A DNA stretch of 50,659 bases from Candidatus Krumholzibacteriia bacterium (GTDB lineage: Bacteria > Krumholzibacteriota > Krumholzibacteriia > WVZY01): positions 1 to 50,659 of the forward strand of contig JBHHVD010000008.1 of assembly GCA_046754105.1 (NCBI GenBank), given 5' to 3'. Shown piece after piece: positions 8,979 through 18,280 of this stretch; position 1 is the stretch's first letter; each line of letters begins with the position of its first letter. The translations under genes and the position numbers were made by a program. A model generated the notes under the pieces. That model did no database searches and was not told the origin of the DNA. It was given only the letters and a program-made list of their open reading frames with translations.

Positions 8979-9782
8979 ATGGCGGGCTTTGACGCGGAGC
9001 TGCGGAAGGTCGCGGCCTACGTAACCGAGATGCGCTCAAAGGGCCGTCCGACGAGGGAGTTCGCCTGCCCACACTCGGTAACGAAGCTCCAAGAGGGGCT
9101 GCCCGTCCGCGTGGGGGCCGGGGCGAATCGCGGAATCATCTTTCGCTCGGAAACCTTTGCCGAACTCGGCAACCCGGTAGCGGGATCCTGCGCTTTCGTG
9201 ATCTGGACGACAACGCCGTCGTTGGTAAGGGACGGAATCGTCTCTCTCGTCGGTCCCGACATCCAGGAGGCCGCCGGGACCGGCTTGCCCTTCGGCCAGG
9301 TAATCTTGATAGGAGGAAAGAACCTCGGCGCCGAGGACCACCAGTCGCTTCACCAGGGACAGTACATAGCCGACCAACTGGAAGGCTACATGGTCAAGAG
9401 TTCTTCGCGGAACATGTGGAGCCGGGTCAGCAAGGAAGTAGGAGCACGTGGGTTTTCCTTCGAGACCCTCGGAAGAGCACTGATGGCTATCTTCAAGTCC
9501 ACCCTGCCCAAGGTCGAAGCGATGGAGGTAGTATTTGTAACGTCGTCCAAGGAAGACGTGCAAGTGCTCGACCGAATTGGGCAGCAGGTAGTCGAGATCG
9601 GTAGTGAGCTGGTCAAGGAACACTGGAAGTCGAAGGGCTACGACCTCGACTGTGACCTCGATTGCGGTTCCTGCCACGACAAGGAGGTGTGCGACGACAT
9701 CCGTGACGTGGTTTCCACGTGGCACAAGAAAAAATCAAAAAAAGCGGCGGTCAAACCCACGCCGTCGCTCGGCGGCCATTAG
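8979..9782 (+). CDS. Acetyl-CoA synthase (AcsB/CdhC) middle-domain-like protein with C-terminal Cys cluster
   Basis: 'AELG...DG.VSLVGPDI.E...LPFGQVILIGG...EGYM...WSRVSKE...GFSF..LG..L...FK...VE.MEV.FVT' resembles the ACS central domain; ends in CDLDCGSCHDKEVC; no recognisable A-cluster ligand region. Confidence 0.65.
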   Translation: MAGFDAELRKVAAYVTEMRSKGRPTREFACPHSVTKLQEGLPVRVGAGANRGIIFRSETFAELGNPVAGSCAFVIWTTTPSLVRDGIVSLVGPDIQEAAGTGLPFGQVILIGGKNLGAEDHQSLHQGQYIADQLEGYMVKSSSRNMWSRVSKEVGARGFSFETLGRALMAIFKSTLPKVEAMEVVFVTSSKEDVQVLDRIGQQVVEIGSELVKEHWKSKGYDLDCDLDCGSCHDKEVCDDIRDVVSTWHKKKSKKAAVKPTPSLGGH

Positions 9783-9821
9783 CCGCTTACCGCTGATGGT
9801 TCCCCAGAGGAGTAGATTGTT

Positions 9822-10610
9822 ATGTCGACACGAGCGTCCAACGGAACGAACCTGGTAAGCGTTTGCGGAAAAGGGGGAACCGGGAAAACCGTCGTGACGG
9901 CGTTGATGGTACGCGCTCTCGTGGAAAGCGGCAGAGCCGGAAAGCTGTTGGTGATCGATGCCGATCCAGCGCTGGGACAGCTCAGCGCCCTCGGGGTGAC
10001 CGTCAATCGGACCATGGGCCAGGTGCGCGAGGAAATCATCAACACCGCGAAGAAGGGAAACGAAGACGCGAAAGCCGCCATTGCTGACAAGCTCGACTAC
10101 ATGGTTCTCGAGGCTCTGACTGAAACCGACGACTTTGCCCTACTGGCAATGGGCCGCACCGAGACCCTGGGTTGCTACTGTCCCGTCAACGGCTTGCTCA
10201 GAGGAGCGATATCGGTGCTCGCCGAGAGTTTCGATACCATACTCATCGACGGCGAGGCCGGTCTGGAGCAGATCAACAGGCAGGTCGCCCGCCACCTGGA
10301 CACCCTGCTGATCATCAGCGACCCATCCTCGCGGGGCATTCAAACCGCCGGGGTCATCAAGGACATGGTGGTCAAAGAAAAGGTCATCGACTGCAAGAAG
10401 ATGGGTCTGGTCTTCAACCGTGTTGTGGGCGACGAGCAGTTGCTGAGCCAGTCCGCGGAGAAGATCGGCGTGGAAGTCCTCGGCCTCATTCCCCACGACG
10501 AGGCTATCGCGTCCCACGATCTGTTGGGAACACCGATCACCGAGCTTCCCGCCGACTCTTGCGGCCAAGCCGCGGTTCGCAAGATCGTCGAAGAACGGTT
10601 GCTCGGCTAA
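9822..10610 (+). CDS. cooC: CooC/AcsF-type nickel-insertion ATPase (MinD/SIMIBI family)
   Basis: Deviant Walker A GKGGTGKT, IDADP, Ni-binding CxC in 'GCYCPVN', 'DGEAGLEQ'. Confidence 0.85.
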   Translation: MSTRASNGTNLVSVCGKGGTGKTVVTALMVRALVESGRAGKLLVIDADPALGQLSALGVTVNRTMGQVREEIINTAKKGNEDAKAAIADKLDYMVLEALTETDDFALLAMGRTETLGCYCPVNGLLRGAISVLAESFDTILIDGEAGLEQINRQVARHLDTLLIISDPSSRGIQTAGVIKDMVVKEKVIDCKKMGLVFNRVVGDEQLLSQSAEKIGVEVLGLIPHDEAIASHDLLGTPITELPADSCGQAAVRKIVEERLLG

Positions 10611-10723
10611 CCTACCCCCCCCCGCGCTTGGTCAACCCGCTGGACCTTCACCGAGATGGCTCCTGGTCGACAGAGCTCAGCGCGTCTGCAAGAAAGTGGC
10701 CGCTACCCCGCGGGAGGAAAGGC

Positions 10724-11929
10724 ATGGCAGGACCGATGGACGGAGTGAAGGTAGTCGAGCTGGGTCTGTGGGTCGCGGCCCCGGCCACCGGCGCGATCTT
10801 GGCTGACTGGGGCGCCGAGGTGATCAAGATCGAGCCCCCGGGCATCGGTGATCCCTGTCGCCTGTTCGCGAGCATGCTCGGCAGCGACTTGCCCTTCAAC
10901 CCGATTTTCGAGAACGACAACCGCGGCAAGCGCAGCATCGTCCTCGATCTTAGAACCGACGAGGGCAAAGCCATCGCCCTCGAGCTCATCGGCAACGCCG
11001 ACGTCTTCATCAGCAACGCACGAACCGCCGGACTGGCCCGTCTGGGCCTCGATCCCCAGACTCTGCTCGCCCGCCATCCGCGCCTCGTCTACGGCCTCAT
11101 CACGGGTTACGGTACCGAGGGCCCCGAAGCCGATCGCGCCGCCTACGACATCGCGAGTTTTTGGGCGCGCTCCGGTATCGCGGCCGCGCTCACCCAGACC
11201 GGGGGAAATCCACCTTTCCAGCGGGGAGGTATGGGAGACCACTGTGCCGGAATGTCATTGGCCGCGGCTGTCTCGGCCGCGCTCTACTCGCGAGAGAAGA
11301 CCGGCAGCGGGCAGCTCGTCAGCACATCGCTGCTGCGCCAGGGTCTGTACACGCTGAGCTTCGACCTCTCCGTCTGCATGCGTTTCGGAATCCAGATGCA
11401 GCTGGGTGACCGCAAGACCATGTTCAACCCAGTCATCAACAGTTACCAGGACAGCGAGGGAAGGTGGTTCTGGATAGTCGGCCTCGAAGGCCAGCGCCAC
11501 TGGCCATCGCTGGCGAGAGCGGTAGGCCGGCCCGAGTGGATCGAGGATCCGCGTTTCGCCGATCCCGCGGGTCGAGCCGCGAACGCCGCCGAGCTCATCT
11601 CCATGCTCGACGAGATCTTCGCCACCAAGACGCTCGAGCGCTGGGGCGCAATCTTCGATGAGCAGGAGGAGCTCTGGTGGGCGCCTGTGCAGAACTTCGA
11701 CGAAGTGCTCGCGGATCCCCAGGTACGCGCGGCCGGCGGTTTCATCGAGGTTCCCGACGGCACCGCCACCACGCTGCTGCCGGCCACGCCGGTGGACTTC
11801 GAACGAACGCCGGTGGCCGCCCGCTGGATGGCCCCAGAAGCGGGCCAGAACAGTGAAGATATACTCGGCGAGCTCGGCCACAGCGCGACCGAGATCGCGG
11901 CCCTGCGTGAACGAGGGGTACTCGGATAG
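10724..11929 (+). CDS. CaiB/BaiF (family III) CoA transferase
   Basis: 'GVKVVELG.WVAAP...LADWGAEVIKIEPP..GDP', 'NRGKRSIVLDL', 'GMGDH' catalytic Asp; GGAGG RBS before ATG 10724. Confidence 0.92.
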   Translation: MAGPMDGVKVVELGLWVAAPATGAILADWGAEVIKIEPPGIGDPCRLFASMLGSDLPFNPIFENDNRGKRSIVLDLRTDEGKAIALELIGNADVFISNARTAGLARLGLDPQTLLARHPRLVYGLITGYGTEGPEADRAAYDIASFWARSGIAAALTQTGGNPPFQRGGMGDHCAGMSLAAAVSAALYSREKTGSGQLVSTSLLRQGLYTLSFDLSVCMRFGIQMQLGDRKTMFNPVINSYQDSEGRWFWIVGLEGQRHWPSLARAVGRPEWIEDPRFADPAGRAANAAELISMLDEIFATKTLERWGAIFDEQEELWWAPVQNFDEVLADPQVRAAGGFIEVPDGTATTLLPATPVDFERTPVAARWMAPEAGQNSEDILGELGHSATEIAALRERGVLG

Positions 11930-11979
11930 CGGCGCTGCAGCGCGTGGCAACGACCCGGCGCTTCGCTATAATCGCCCGC

Positions 11980-12189
11980 GTGCCGGATCGTGACCTCGAC
12001 AGCGTACTGCTCGAGCGCCTGCTCGAGCGCGAACTCGACGCGTTTCGAAAGGCCCTGGAGAACGAGAGCCCCGGTCTATCCGACAAAGAACTGGAGCGCT
12101 ACATGCTCGCGGCGCGCAAGTTCTCCTCCCACCTGCTAGGCGCACGGCCACGCACCCGGGGTCGAAACCCGCGCGGGCAGTCCAACTGA
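11980..12189 (+). CDS. Small helical hypothetical protein, probably leaderless
   Basis: Amphipathic 69-aa ORF filling the intergenic gap; TATAAT (11967-11972) lies 7 nt before the in-frame GTG at 11980. Confidence 0.55.
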   Translation: MPDRDLDSVLLERLLERELDAFRKALENESPGLSDKELERYMLAARKFSSHLLGARPRTRGRNPRGQSN

Positions 12190-12215
12190 AGCCAGCGGGG
12201 CGGCCGCGTAATCCC

Positions 12216-12632
12216 CTAGGCGGTTTCGGGACCGAAGCCCGGCGGGAAAGCCTCGAACTGCGGGAGGTCGTCTTGAATCTCGTCCCAGCTGGCCCTGGAA
12301 CCCACAAAGATGTGCGCCCCGGGACGCTGTCCGGGATCGTCGTCGAGAGCGCCCGCGGGAACGAAGAGCTTCGCTGCGGTGGGGTTGACGATGGGAAGAC
12401 ATGACCCGCAGTTGCGACAGAACCCGCGGTGGCTACCCGGAGACGACTCGTAGGACGCCACCAGGTCCTCGCCCGCGACCCAGCGAAAGTTCGCGCTGTC
12501 TACGCCCAGGAAAGTGCCGAAGGCCGCGCCGTGATGCTTTCGACAAATAGAGCAATGGCAGTGGGCCATGGGCCCCAGCTCGCCGTCGAGTTCAAACCGT
12601 ACGCCCCCGCAGAGGCAGCTTCCTTTGACCAT
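12216..12632 (-). CDS. GFA/CENP-V family Zn protein
   Basis: GSCLCGGV, HCHCSICRK, RGFCRNCGS, HIFVGSRASW; GGAGG before ATG 12632. Confidence 0.93.
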   Translation of the reverse strand: MVKGSCLCGGVRFELDGELGPMAHCHCSICRKHHGAAFGTFLGVDSANFRWVAGEDLVASYESSPGSHRGFCRNCGSCLPIVNPTAAKLFVPAGALDDDPGQRPGAHIFVGSRASWDEIQDDLPQFEAFPPGFGPETA

Positions 12633-12763
12633 CTTGATCACCCTCCGGCCCCGATCATCTACGGCTTTCTCCCTTAGCGCCACCGCGACCCGCACCGCCG
12701 GGGTCTGGACGTCTCGATCGGCGGGGTTGACCTAGGCCGGCCCTTGGTAGCATACGATCATCC

Positions 12764-13717
12764 ATGGCTAGAAATGGCCGCGAGCACCGACTCTTCTCTC
12801 GCTACCCGGACGCCGCGACGGCAACGCTTCCCTCCGGAGATCGCGTCGCCCTGCCCTATCACTGCTACGACGCCGAGGCCTACGTAATCCACGGTACGGT
12901 CGAAGCCGGGCCCACCCGGGCCCTGCTCGCCGAGGAGAACTGCCGTCCCGTGCTGAGCCGGGATTCGGAGGCCCGCGATCGAGCGATCGCCCAGATCTGG
13001 CTCAACGTCTACCACGATACCAACGTCGGTCCTTACCGCGAGCTGGTAATCTCCTTTGCCGTGAGCCTCGAGGCCGATCCTCCGGTATTCGCGTTTCGCA
13101 ACCGCGCCTCGCTGCTGGCCCCCGCATTCGATCCACGCTGCGCGACCTTCACCCGCTGGCTCTTCCTCGACAGCCAGAGGGCTATCGATCTCGGGCGCGA
13201 GGCCTGGGGGTTTCCGAAATACAGGGCCTCGCTTCACTTCGATCGCTCACGATCTCCACGCGAGGGCCTCGAACCCAACACCCGGATCACCCACCGGACG
13301 ATCGGCGGCGACGGCAAGACCGTCGTCGCTATGTTTCTCGAACTCGAGCAATCGCTGCCGGCGCGGCTGGGATCTGCGTGTCTGCTGATCCGCGCGCTCG
13401 GCATCCGACGACTGCTGGGTCCGGCCGCGGCCCGCGAACTCGCCTCCAGCGTGCTCACCCCGGTCATGCTCAAGCAGCTCCTCACCCGCGTGATAACGGT
13501 TGGGCGTACGAGCCTCCACCGCTGGAGCCCGCGCAACGAGCTGAATTTTGGTCGCGATACCGAAGCGGGCCGTGCCCTGGCCGAACTCGATTTCGAGCCG
13601 CTCCTGGTCCAGCGCGTATCGGATCTGAAGTTCGTGATGCTTCCCGGACGGCCGCTGGCCACCCACGCGCGAGCCGGCGCAGAACCAGGCGATCAGCCTC
13701 TTCGCAAGACCGGGTGA
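12764..13717 (+). CDS. Acetoacetate decarboxylase-like superfamily protein
   Basis: 'YHDTNVGPYRELVI' and Schiff-base Lys motif 'GREAWGFPK'. Confidence 0.75.
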   Translation: MARNGREHRLFSRYPDAATATLPSGDRVALPYHCYDAEAYVIHGTVEAGPTRALLAEENCRPVLSRDSEARDRAIAQIWLNVYHDTNVGPYRELVISFAVSLEADPPVFAFRNRASLLAPAFDPRCATFTRWLFLDSQRAIDLGREAWGFPKYRASLHFDRSRSPREGLEPNTRITHRTIGGDGKTVVAMFLELEQSLPARLGSACLLIRALGIRRLLGPAAARELASSVLTPVMLKQLLTRVITVGRTSLHRWSPRNELNFGRDTEAGRALAELDFEPLLVQRVSDLKFVMLPGRPLATHARAGAEPGDQPLRKTG

Positions 13718-13798
13718 GCGGCCCTCTCGCGCCACCTGCTTTGTGGTTGAAAGCCACATGACCTAGAAATTCCGGAGTCCCAGCAGGAGCAGAGCGCA

Positions 13799-15517
13799 AT
13801 GGCAGAGATGACAGCATCCGAGGCCTTCGTCGAACAACTCGCCGCCGAGGGCGTGACCGAAGTCTTCGGAATCGTGGGGTCGGCGTACATGGACGCGCTC
13901 GATCTCTTCGAGCCCGCGGGGATACGTTTCGTCTCGGTCGCCCACGAGCAGAACGCCGCACACATGGCCGACGGCTACTCGCGGGCCACCAACCGCCACG
14001 GCGTGTGTGTAGGACAGAACGGGCCGGGAATCACCAACTTCGTGACCGCCATCGCGGCGGCTTACTGGGCGCACTCGCCGGTGGTCGCCATCACCCCCGA
14101 GGGCGGGACGGCCACGGTGGGACTCGGGGGCTTTCAGGAAACCGATCAGCTTCCGATCTTCTCCAAGATCACGAAGTTCCAAACCCACGTGGGCCGCGCC
14201 GACCGCATCGCCGAGCTGACCCATAGGGCCTTCACCGTCGCGATGGCCGAGCGCGGTCCGGCGCAGATCAACGTTCCACGAGACCTGTTTTTCGCCGAGA
14301 TCGATACCACCATTGCTCCGGCCCAGAAGATAGACAGAGGAGCCGGCGGGCCCGAGAGTCTGGCGGCCGCCGTCGAGCTACTCTCCGCCGCCGAGTTTCC
14401 CGTGATCTTGATGGGAGGCGGCGTGATCATGGCCGAGGGGACCCGCGAGGCTCGCGCGCTTGCCGAGTACCTCCGAGCCCCCGTGGTCGCCTGCTACCAG
14501 CACAGCGACGTCTTTCCCGCCTCGCACCCCCTGATGTGTGGACCACTGGGTTACCAGGGTTCGAAGACCGCGATGCGCGTGATCGCTCAGGCCGACGTCG
14601 TGCTCGCGCTGGGCAGTCGCCTGGGTCCCTTCGGCACATTGCCCCAGTACGGAATCGATTACTGGCCGGCCGAAGCCAAGGTCATCCAAGTCGACTGCGA
14701 CCACCGGGTGCTGGGACTGGTGAAGGAAATAGCGGTTGGCGTGCACGGCGACGCCAAAGCGGCGGCCGCCGAGCTACTCTCGGGACTTCGGGCGATGGGG
14801 AGCCCACCGCGCTGTCTGGAAAACGCGTCCCGGCGCCTCGCCGAGTTGGAGACCCAGCGCGCCGTCTGGGAGGAGGAACTCAACGAGCTCTCCTCGGCCG
14901 GAGGCTCGCCGATTCCACCCAGGCGAGCGTTGCGGGAACTCGAGCGGGCGATGCCGGCCGAGGCTATGGTCGCCACCGACATAGGCAACGTATGCGCGGT
15001 CAGCAACAGTTACCTCCGTTTTGAAGCCCCGCGGAGTCTGTTCGCGGCCATGGCGTTCGGAAACTGCGGTTACGCATTTCCCACCGCCATGGGGGCCAAG
15101 GTAGCCAGACCCGACCGGCCGTCGGTGGCCTATGTGGGCGACGGTGCGTGGGGAATGAGCCTCGCCGAGGTGATGACCTGCGTGCGCGAGAACATCCCCG
15201 TCACGGCGGTGGTGTTCAACAACCAGCAGTGGGGAGCGGAGAAGAAAAACCAACTCGACTACTACGGGGGCCGTTGCGTCGCTTCGGACCTCATCAACCC
15301 GAGCTTCGCGGGGATCGCCCGGGCCATGGGTGCCGACGGTGTGGTCGTCGATCATCCCGACGAGGTTGGTGACGCTCTGCGCGCCGCTACCGCGTCGGGA
15401 CGGTGCACGGTACTGGAACTGATGGTGACCCAGGAGCTCGCCGAGCCTTTCCGCCGCGATGCGCTGAAGAAGCCGCGGCGCCTGCTGGACAAGTACAAAG
15501 ACTACACCGTGGTATAG
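13799..15517 (+). CDS. xsc: Sulfoacetaldehyde acetyltransferase (ThDP-dependent)
   Basis: Xsc-type strings 'FGIVGSAYMDALDLF..AGIRF..VAHEQ', 'QNGPGITNFVT..AAAYWAHSP', 'GPLGYQGSK', 'GNCGYAFP', ThDP motif GDGAWGMS...NNQQWGAEKKNQ. Confidence 0.88.
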   Translation: MAEMTASEAFVEQLAAEGVTEVFGIVGSAYMDALDLFEPAGIRFVSVAHEQNAAHMADGYSRATNRHGVCVGQNGPGITNFVTAIAAAYWAHSPVVAITPEGGTATVGLGGFQETDQLPIFSKITKFQTHVGRADRIAELTHRAFTVAMAERGPAQINVPRDLFFAEIDTTIAPAQKIDRGAGGPESLAAAVELLSAAEFPVILMGGGVIMAEGTREARALAEYLRAPVVACYQHSDVFPASHPLMCGPLGYQGSKTAMRVIAQADVVLALGSRLGPFGTLPQYGIDYWPAEAKVIQVDCDHRVLGLVKEIAVGVHGDAKAAAAELLSGLRAMGSPPRCLENASRRLAELETQRAVWEEELNELSSAGGSPIPPRRALRELERAMPAEAMVATDIGNVCAVSNSYLRFEAPRSLFAAMAFGNCGYAFPTAMGAKVARPDRPSVAYVGDGAWGMSLAEVMTCVRENIPVTAVVFNNQQWGAEKKNQLDYYGGRCVASDLINPSFAGIARAMGADGVVVDHPDEVGDALRAATASGRCTVLELMVTQELAEPFRRDALKKPRRLLDKYKDYTVV

Positions 15518-15572
15518 CAAAGGAGGGCGGGGCCAGGGTAAGATGGCTTGTTGAGCAGCAGGGGAAGACACA

Positions 15573-16439
15573 ATGCAACTCCGGTTCCGACGACAACGTT
15601 ATTGTATTACCGCAGTGACGAGGCGCGCCGTGGCGGCCGCGACCGGCATCGTGCTGGCTTCGATGTTGGTCGGGTGCGGGCCTACTTATCCCATATACCC
15701 CGAACTCGCTGGGCCCGAGCCAGAACACCACCTCGTCCGTCGCAACTACACCGTGGGCAAGAGGCAGACGGCCTACGTGAACCAGCCCATGGTCAAGATC
15801 CAGGACTACCACGTCGTGCGGCAGCTCGAGACGGCGACGTTTCGCCCCGAGTCTGATTTTTCCATGACCAGACACAAGCGCGGACGGCGCGAGACCTACC
15901 GCCGCGACAAGATCTGGCAGCCCCTGGGCCGGACCGAGATCGAGGGCGAAAGCTACGCGGTCCTGGTAGCAGGGCGCGACTGGCAGGGGCGATCAGCCGG
16001 CGCTGGCAAGACGGTTTCGAAACCCCGGCGGATTTCGGCCCTGCTGGTGTCCAGCGACGGCCGCTTGTTCGACAAGAAGATAAAGACCGAGTGCTGTAAC
16101 GCCACCGCTTCGACGGAAACCAAAGGGGTGCTTACGTCGACCTGGACGCTCGAGCCCGAAGTCGTGATGTTCCGGCGCAGCGATCCGGTCCACGCCGCGC
16201 GGATAATAGAGAACCGCGATTACGCAAATTTCGAACTGCTCTACTCGGGGCGATCGGGCGATCACTACTCCGTGCTCTACAAAGAGTATTCCAGAGAGGA
16301 CCTCTCCCGTCCCGTCTTTACCCAGACCCTGACCTATCACGCCGACGACGGGGTGATACGCTTTCGAGACCTCCACATCCGTGTTCACGAAGCCACCGAT
16401 GAGGCCATAGAGTACACCGTCTTTTTCGAGGGACTCTGA
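15573..16439 (+). CDS. Hypothetical lipoprotein
   Basis: Signal peptide with lipobox LVGC (start may be GTG 15615); beta-rich C-terminus 'ELLYSG...YKEY...RPVFTQ.LTY'. Confidence 0.65.
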   Translation: MQLRFRRQRYCITAVTRRAVAAATGIVLASMLVGCGPTYPIYPELAGPEPEHHLVRRNYTVGKRQTAYVNQPMVKIQDYHVVRQLETATFRPESDFSMTRHKRGRRETYRRDKIWQPLGRTEIEGESYAVLVAGRDWQGRSAGAGKTVSKPRRISALLVSSDGRLFDKKIKTECCNATASTETKGVLTSTWTLEPEVVMFRRSDPVHAARIIENRDYANFELLYSGRSGDHYSVLYKEYSREDLSRPVFTQTLTYHADDGVIRFRDLHIRVHEATDEAIEYTVFFEGL

Positions 16440-16456
16440 GGGCTCCGGCGGTTGCA

Positions 16457-18019
16457 GTGGCGGTCAACGAACGACGCAGCCTTCTGGCAATCCTGATTCT
16501 GGCCCTTGCTCTTCGACTCTGGGGGATACAGTCCGGCCTACCGGGGCTCTATCATCCCGACGAGCCCAACAAAGTCGCCATCGCTCAGCGGATGATCCGG
16601 ACCGGCGACTTGAATCCACACTATTTCGACAAGGGCACCTTGCTCATCTACGTCAACGCCGCCGCGCAGTACGCCTACTACGCCTGGGGGAAACTTGGCG
16701 GAAGTTTCGCAAGTTTCGACGACCTGCGTCCACCAGAGATCCTGATCTACGGGACCGGGTTCACGAAAAGCCCGGGGACCTTCGTGGCCGGAAGGTCGAT
16801 CACGGTCGCCGTCGGAGTCGCTTCGGTGTGGCTGCTGTTCCTCTGCGCGAGCGCGGCCTCGGGAAATCCTCGCACAGCCCTGCTCGCGGCACTGCTCATG
16901 GCGGTTGCGCCAATTCCCGTAGCGCACAGCCGCTACATAACGGTCAACATGTTCGTGGTGTTCTTCTGTCTTTTAGCGACCTGGGCGTCGCTCAAGATCC
17001 TGCGCGAGAGCGGTTTTCGCTATTATCTGCTCGGCGGCCTGGCGGCCGGTTTCGCGGCCGGCAGCAAGTACCCCGCCGCCCTGGTAACGATCTCGCCCGT
17101 AGTCGCGCATTTTCTGCGCTACGGCTTCAAAGCCGCGTGGACCCGTCGCTCGGTCTACCTGGTTCCGGTCTTCGCCGGCCTCGGCTTCCTTGCCACCACC
17201 CCTTACGCCGTGCTGGCCTACGACGAATTCTTGCGCGACGTCCTCTACCAGGCTCGCCACTACGGCTCGCAACACTTCGGCATGGAGGGGAACGCCTTGG
17301 CGTTTTATCTGAAGCTCCTCTGGAACACTGACGGAGCGCTGGTGTGCATCCTTGCTCTTGCGTCGCTTCCCGTCGTTATCCGTAGCAACGGAAAAACCGC
17401 GCTGGTTCTCGCTTCTTTCGCCCTCGTCTACTTTGTTTCGATCGCTAGCTTGCCGGTGCGAAACGCACGCACGTTCCTGCCGGTACTGCCCTTTGTCTAT
17501 CTCTTCTTCGCGATCGGCGCTTCAGACCTATGGCAGCGTGCTGAGCGGCTAGAGCGCGGACGCGCGCCGACTCTTTCACTCGTCCTCGTTCTGGTCGTGG
17601 CGGGCCTGAGCGTTCCCGCCTATCACACCGCGCAGGAAGCGCTCCGTCCTAATCAGTTACTGGCACGCGAGAACTCGCGGCGCTGGATCGCACAGAACAT
17701 TCCGGCTGGCTCGCGCGTGGCGCTGGAAGCCTACTCGCCCTTCGTCGATCCTCAACGTTACGAGGTGCGAGCCGTGCCCTTGTTGATCCAGATACCCCTG
17801 CAGTCCTATCGGCGAAACTTCGACTACGTCATCGCCGCTCAGCGGTCCTACGGGCGTTTTTTTCATCACCCGGAGCGCTACCACGACCAGATGCAGAGCT
17901 ACAGGAATCTCTTCGCTAGTCTCGAGCCGGTCAAAACCTTCGCCGACGGCAACGAAGTCATTCGAATCTTCAGGTCCACACGATCCAAAGCCCGCCGGCC
18001 CGGTCCTGCATCCCGCTAA
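16457..18019 (+). CDS. GT-C membrane glycosyltransferase (ArnT/PMT_2, GT39/83-like)
   Basis: 'LALRLWG...HPDEP' luminal acidic motif, multiple TM helices, 'GLAAG.A.GSKYP', 'RTFLP.LPF'. Confidence 0.85.
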   Translation: MAVNERRSLLAILILALALRLWGIQSGLPGLYHPDEPNKVAIAQRMIRTGDLNPHYFDKGTLLIYVNAAAQYAYYAWGKLGGSFASFDDLRPPEILIYGTGFTKSPGTFVAGRSITVAVGVASVWLLFLCASAASGNPRTALLAALLMAVAPIPVAHSRYITVNMFVVFFCLLATWASLKILRESGFRYYLLGGLAAGFAAGSKYPAALVTISPVVAHFLRYGFKAAWTRRSVYLVPVFAGLGFLATTPYAVLAYDEFLRDVLYQARHYGSQHFGMEGNALAFYLKLLWNTDGALVCILALASLPVVIRSNGKTALVLASFALVYFVSIASLPVRNARTFLPVLPFVYLFFAIGASDLWQRAERLERGRAPTLSLVLVLVVAGLSVPAYHTAQEALRPNQLLARENSRRWIAQNIPAGSRVALEAYSPFVDPQRYEVRAVPLLIQIPLQSYRRNFDYVIAAQRSYGRFFHHPERYHDQMQSYRNLFASLEPVKTFADGNEVIRIFRSTRSKARRPGPASR

Positions 18020-18263
18020 GCGCTCACCTTTGCAGCTTACGGTGCAGCGACTGACTGCGCGCGTGACGCGGGGCGCGGTAAACGATCTTCTCTTTGAGGC
18101 CTCTGTGAAAGCCCGATGGGATCGGTCCCGGTTGATCCTCACCCGGAAAACGACCGTCGGAACGGTGACGTCTCGCCACTTATTTGGCTCCGCGCAGCCG
18201 CCGCTGCCGAGTATTTTCCCCGTAAAATCCGCGCGACTACTGGCTCCAGAGATGCTCGCCGCG

Positions 18264-18280
18264 TTGGCTTGAGACTTGCA
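18264..18280 (+). promoter_or_regulatory. Candidate sigma-54 (-24/-12) promoter
   Basis: TTGGCTTGAGACTTGCA = GG-N10-GC with a TTGCA -12 element, about 100 nt upstream of ATG 18379 in a 360-bp intergenic region. Confidence 0.5.

Noticed and set aside
9663..9677. CxxCH (CGSCH) heme-c motif in the ACS-like protein
   Set aside because: The protein has no export signal and the motif is part of a four-Cys cluster, so Fe-S or other metal binding is more likely.
5631..10610. Calling this a Wood-Ljungdahl (CODH/ACS) or canonical benzoyl-CoA reductase operon
   Set aside because: There is no CooS, full AcsB, CoFeSP or methyltransferase; there is only one activase gene and no dienoyl-CoA pathway (dch/had/oah) genes alongside.
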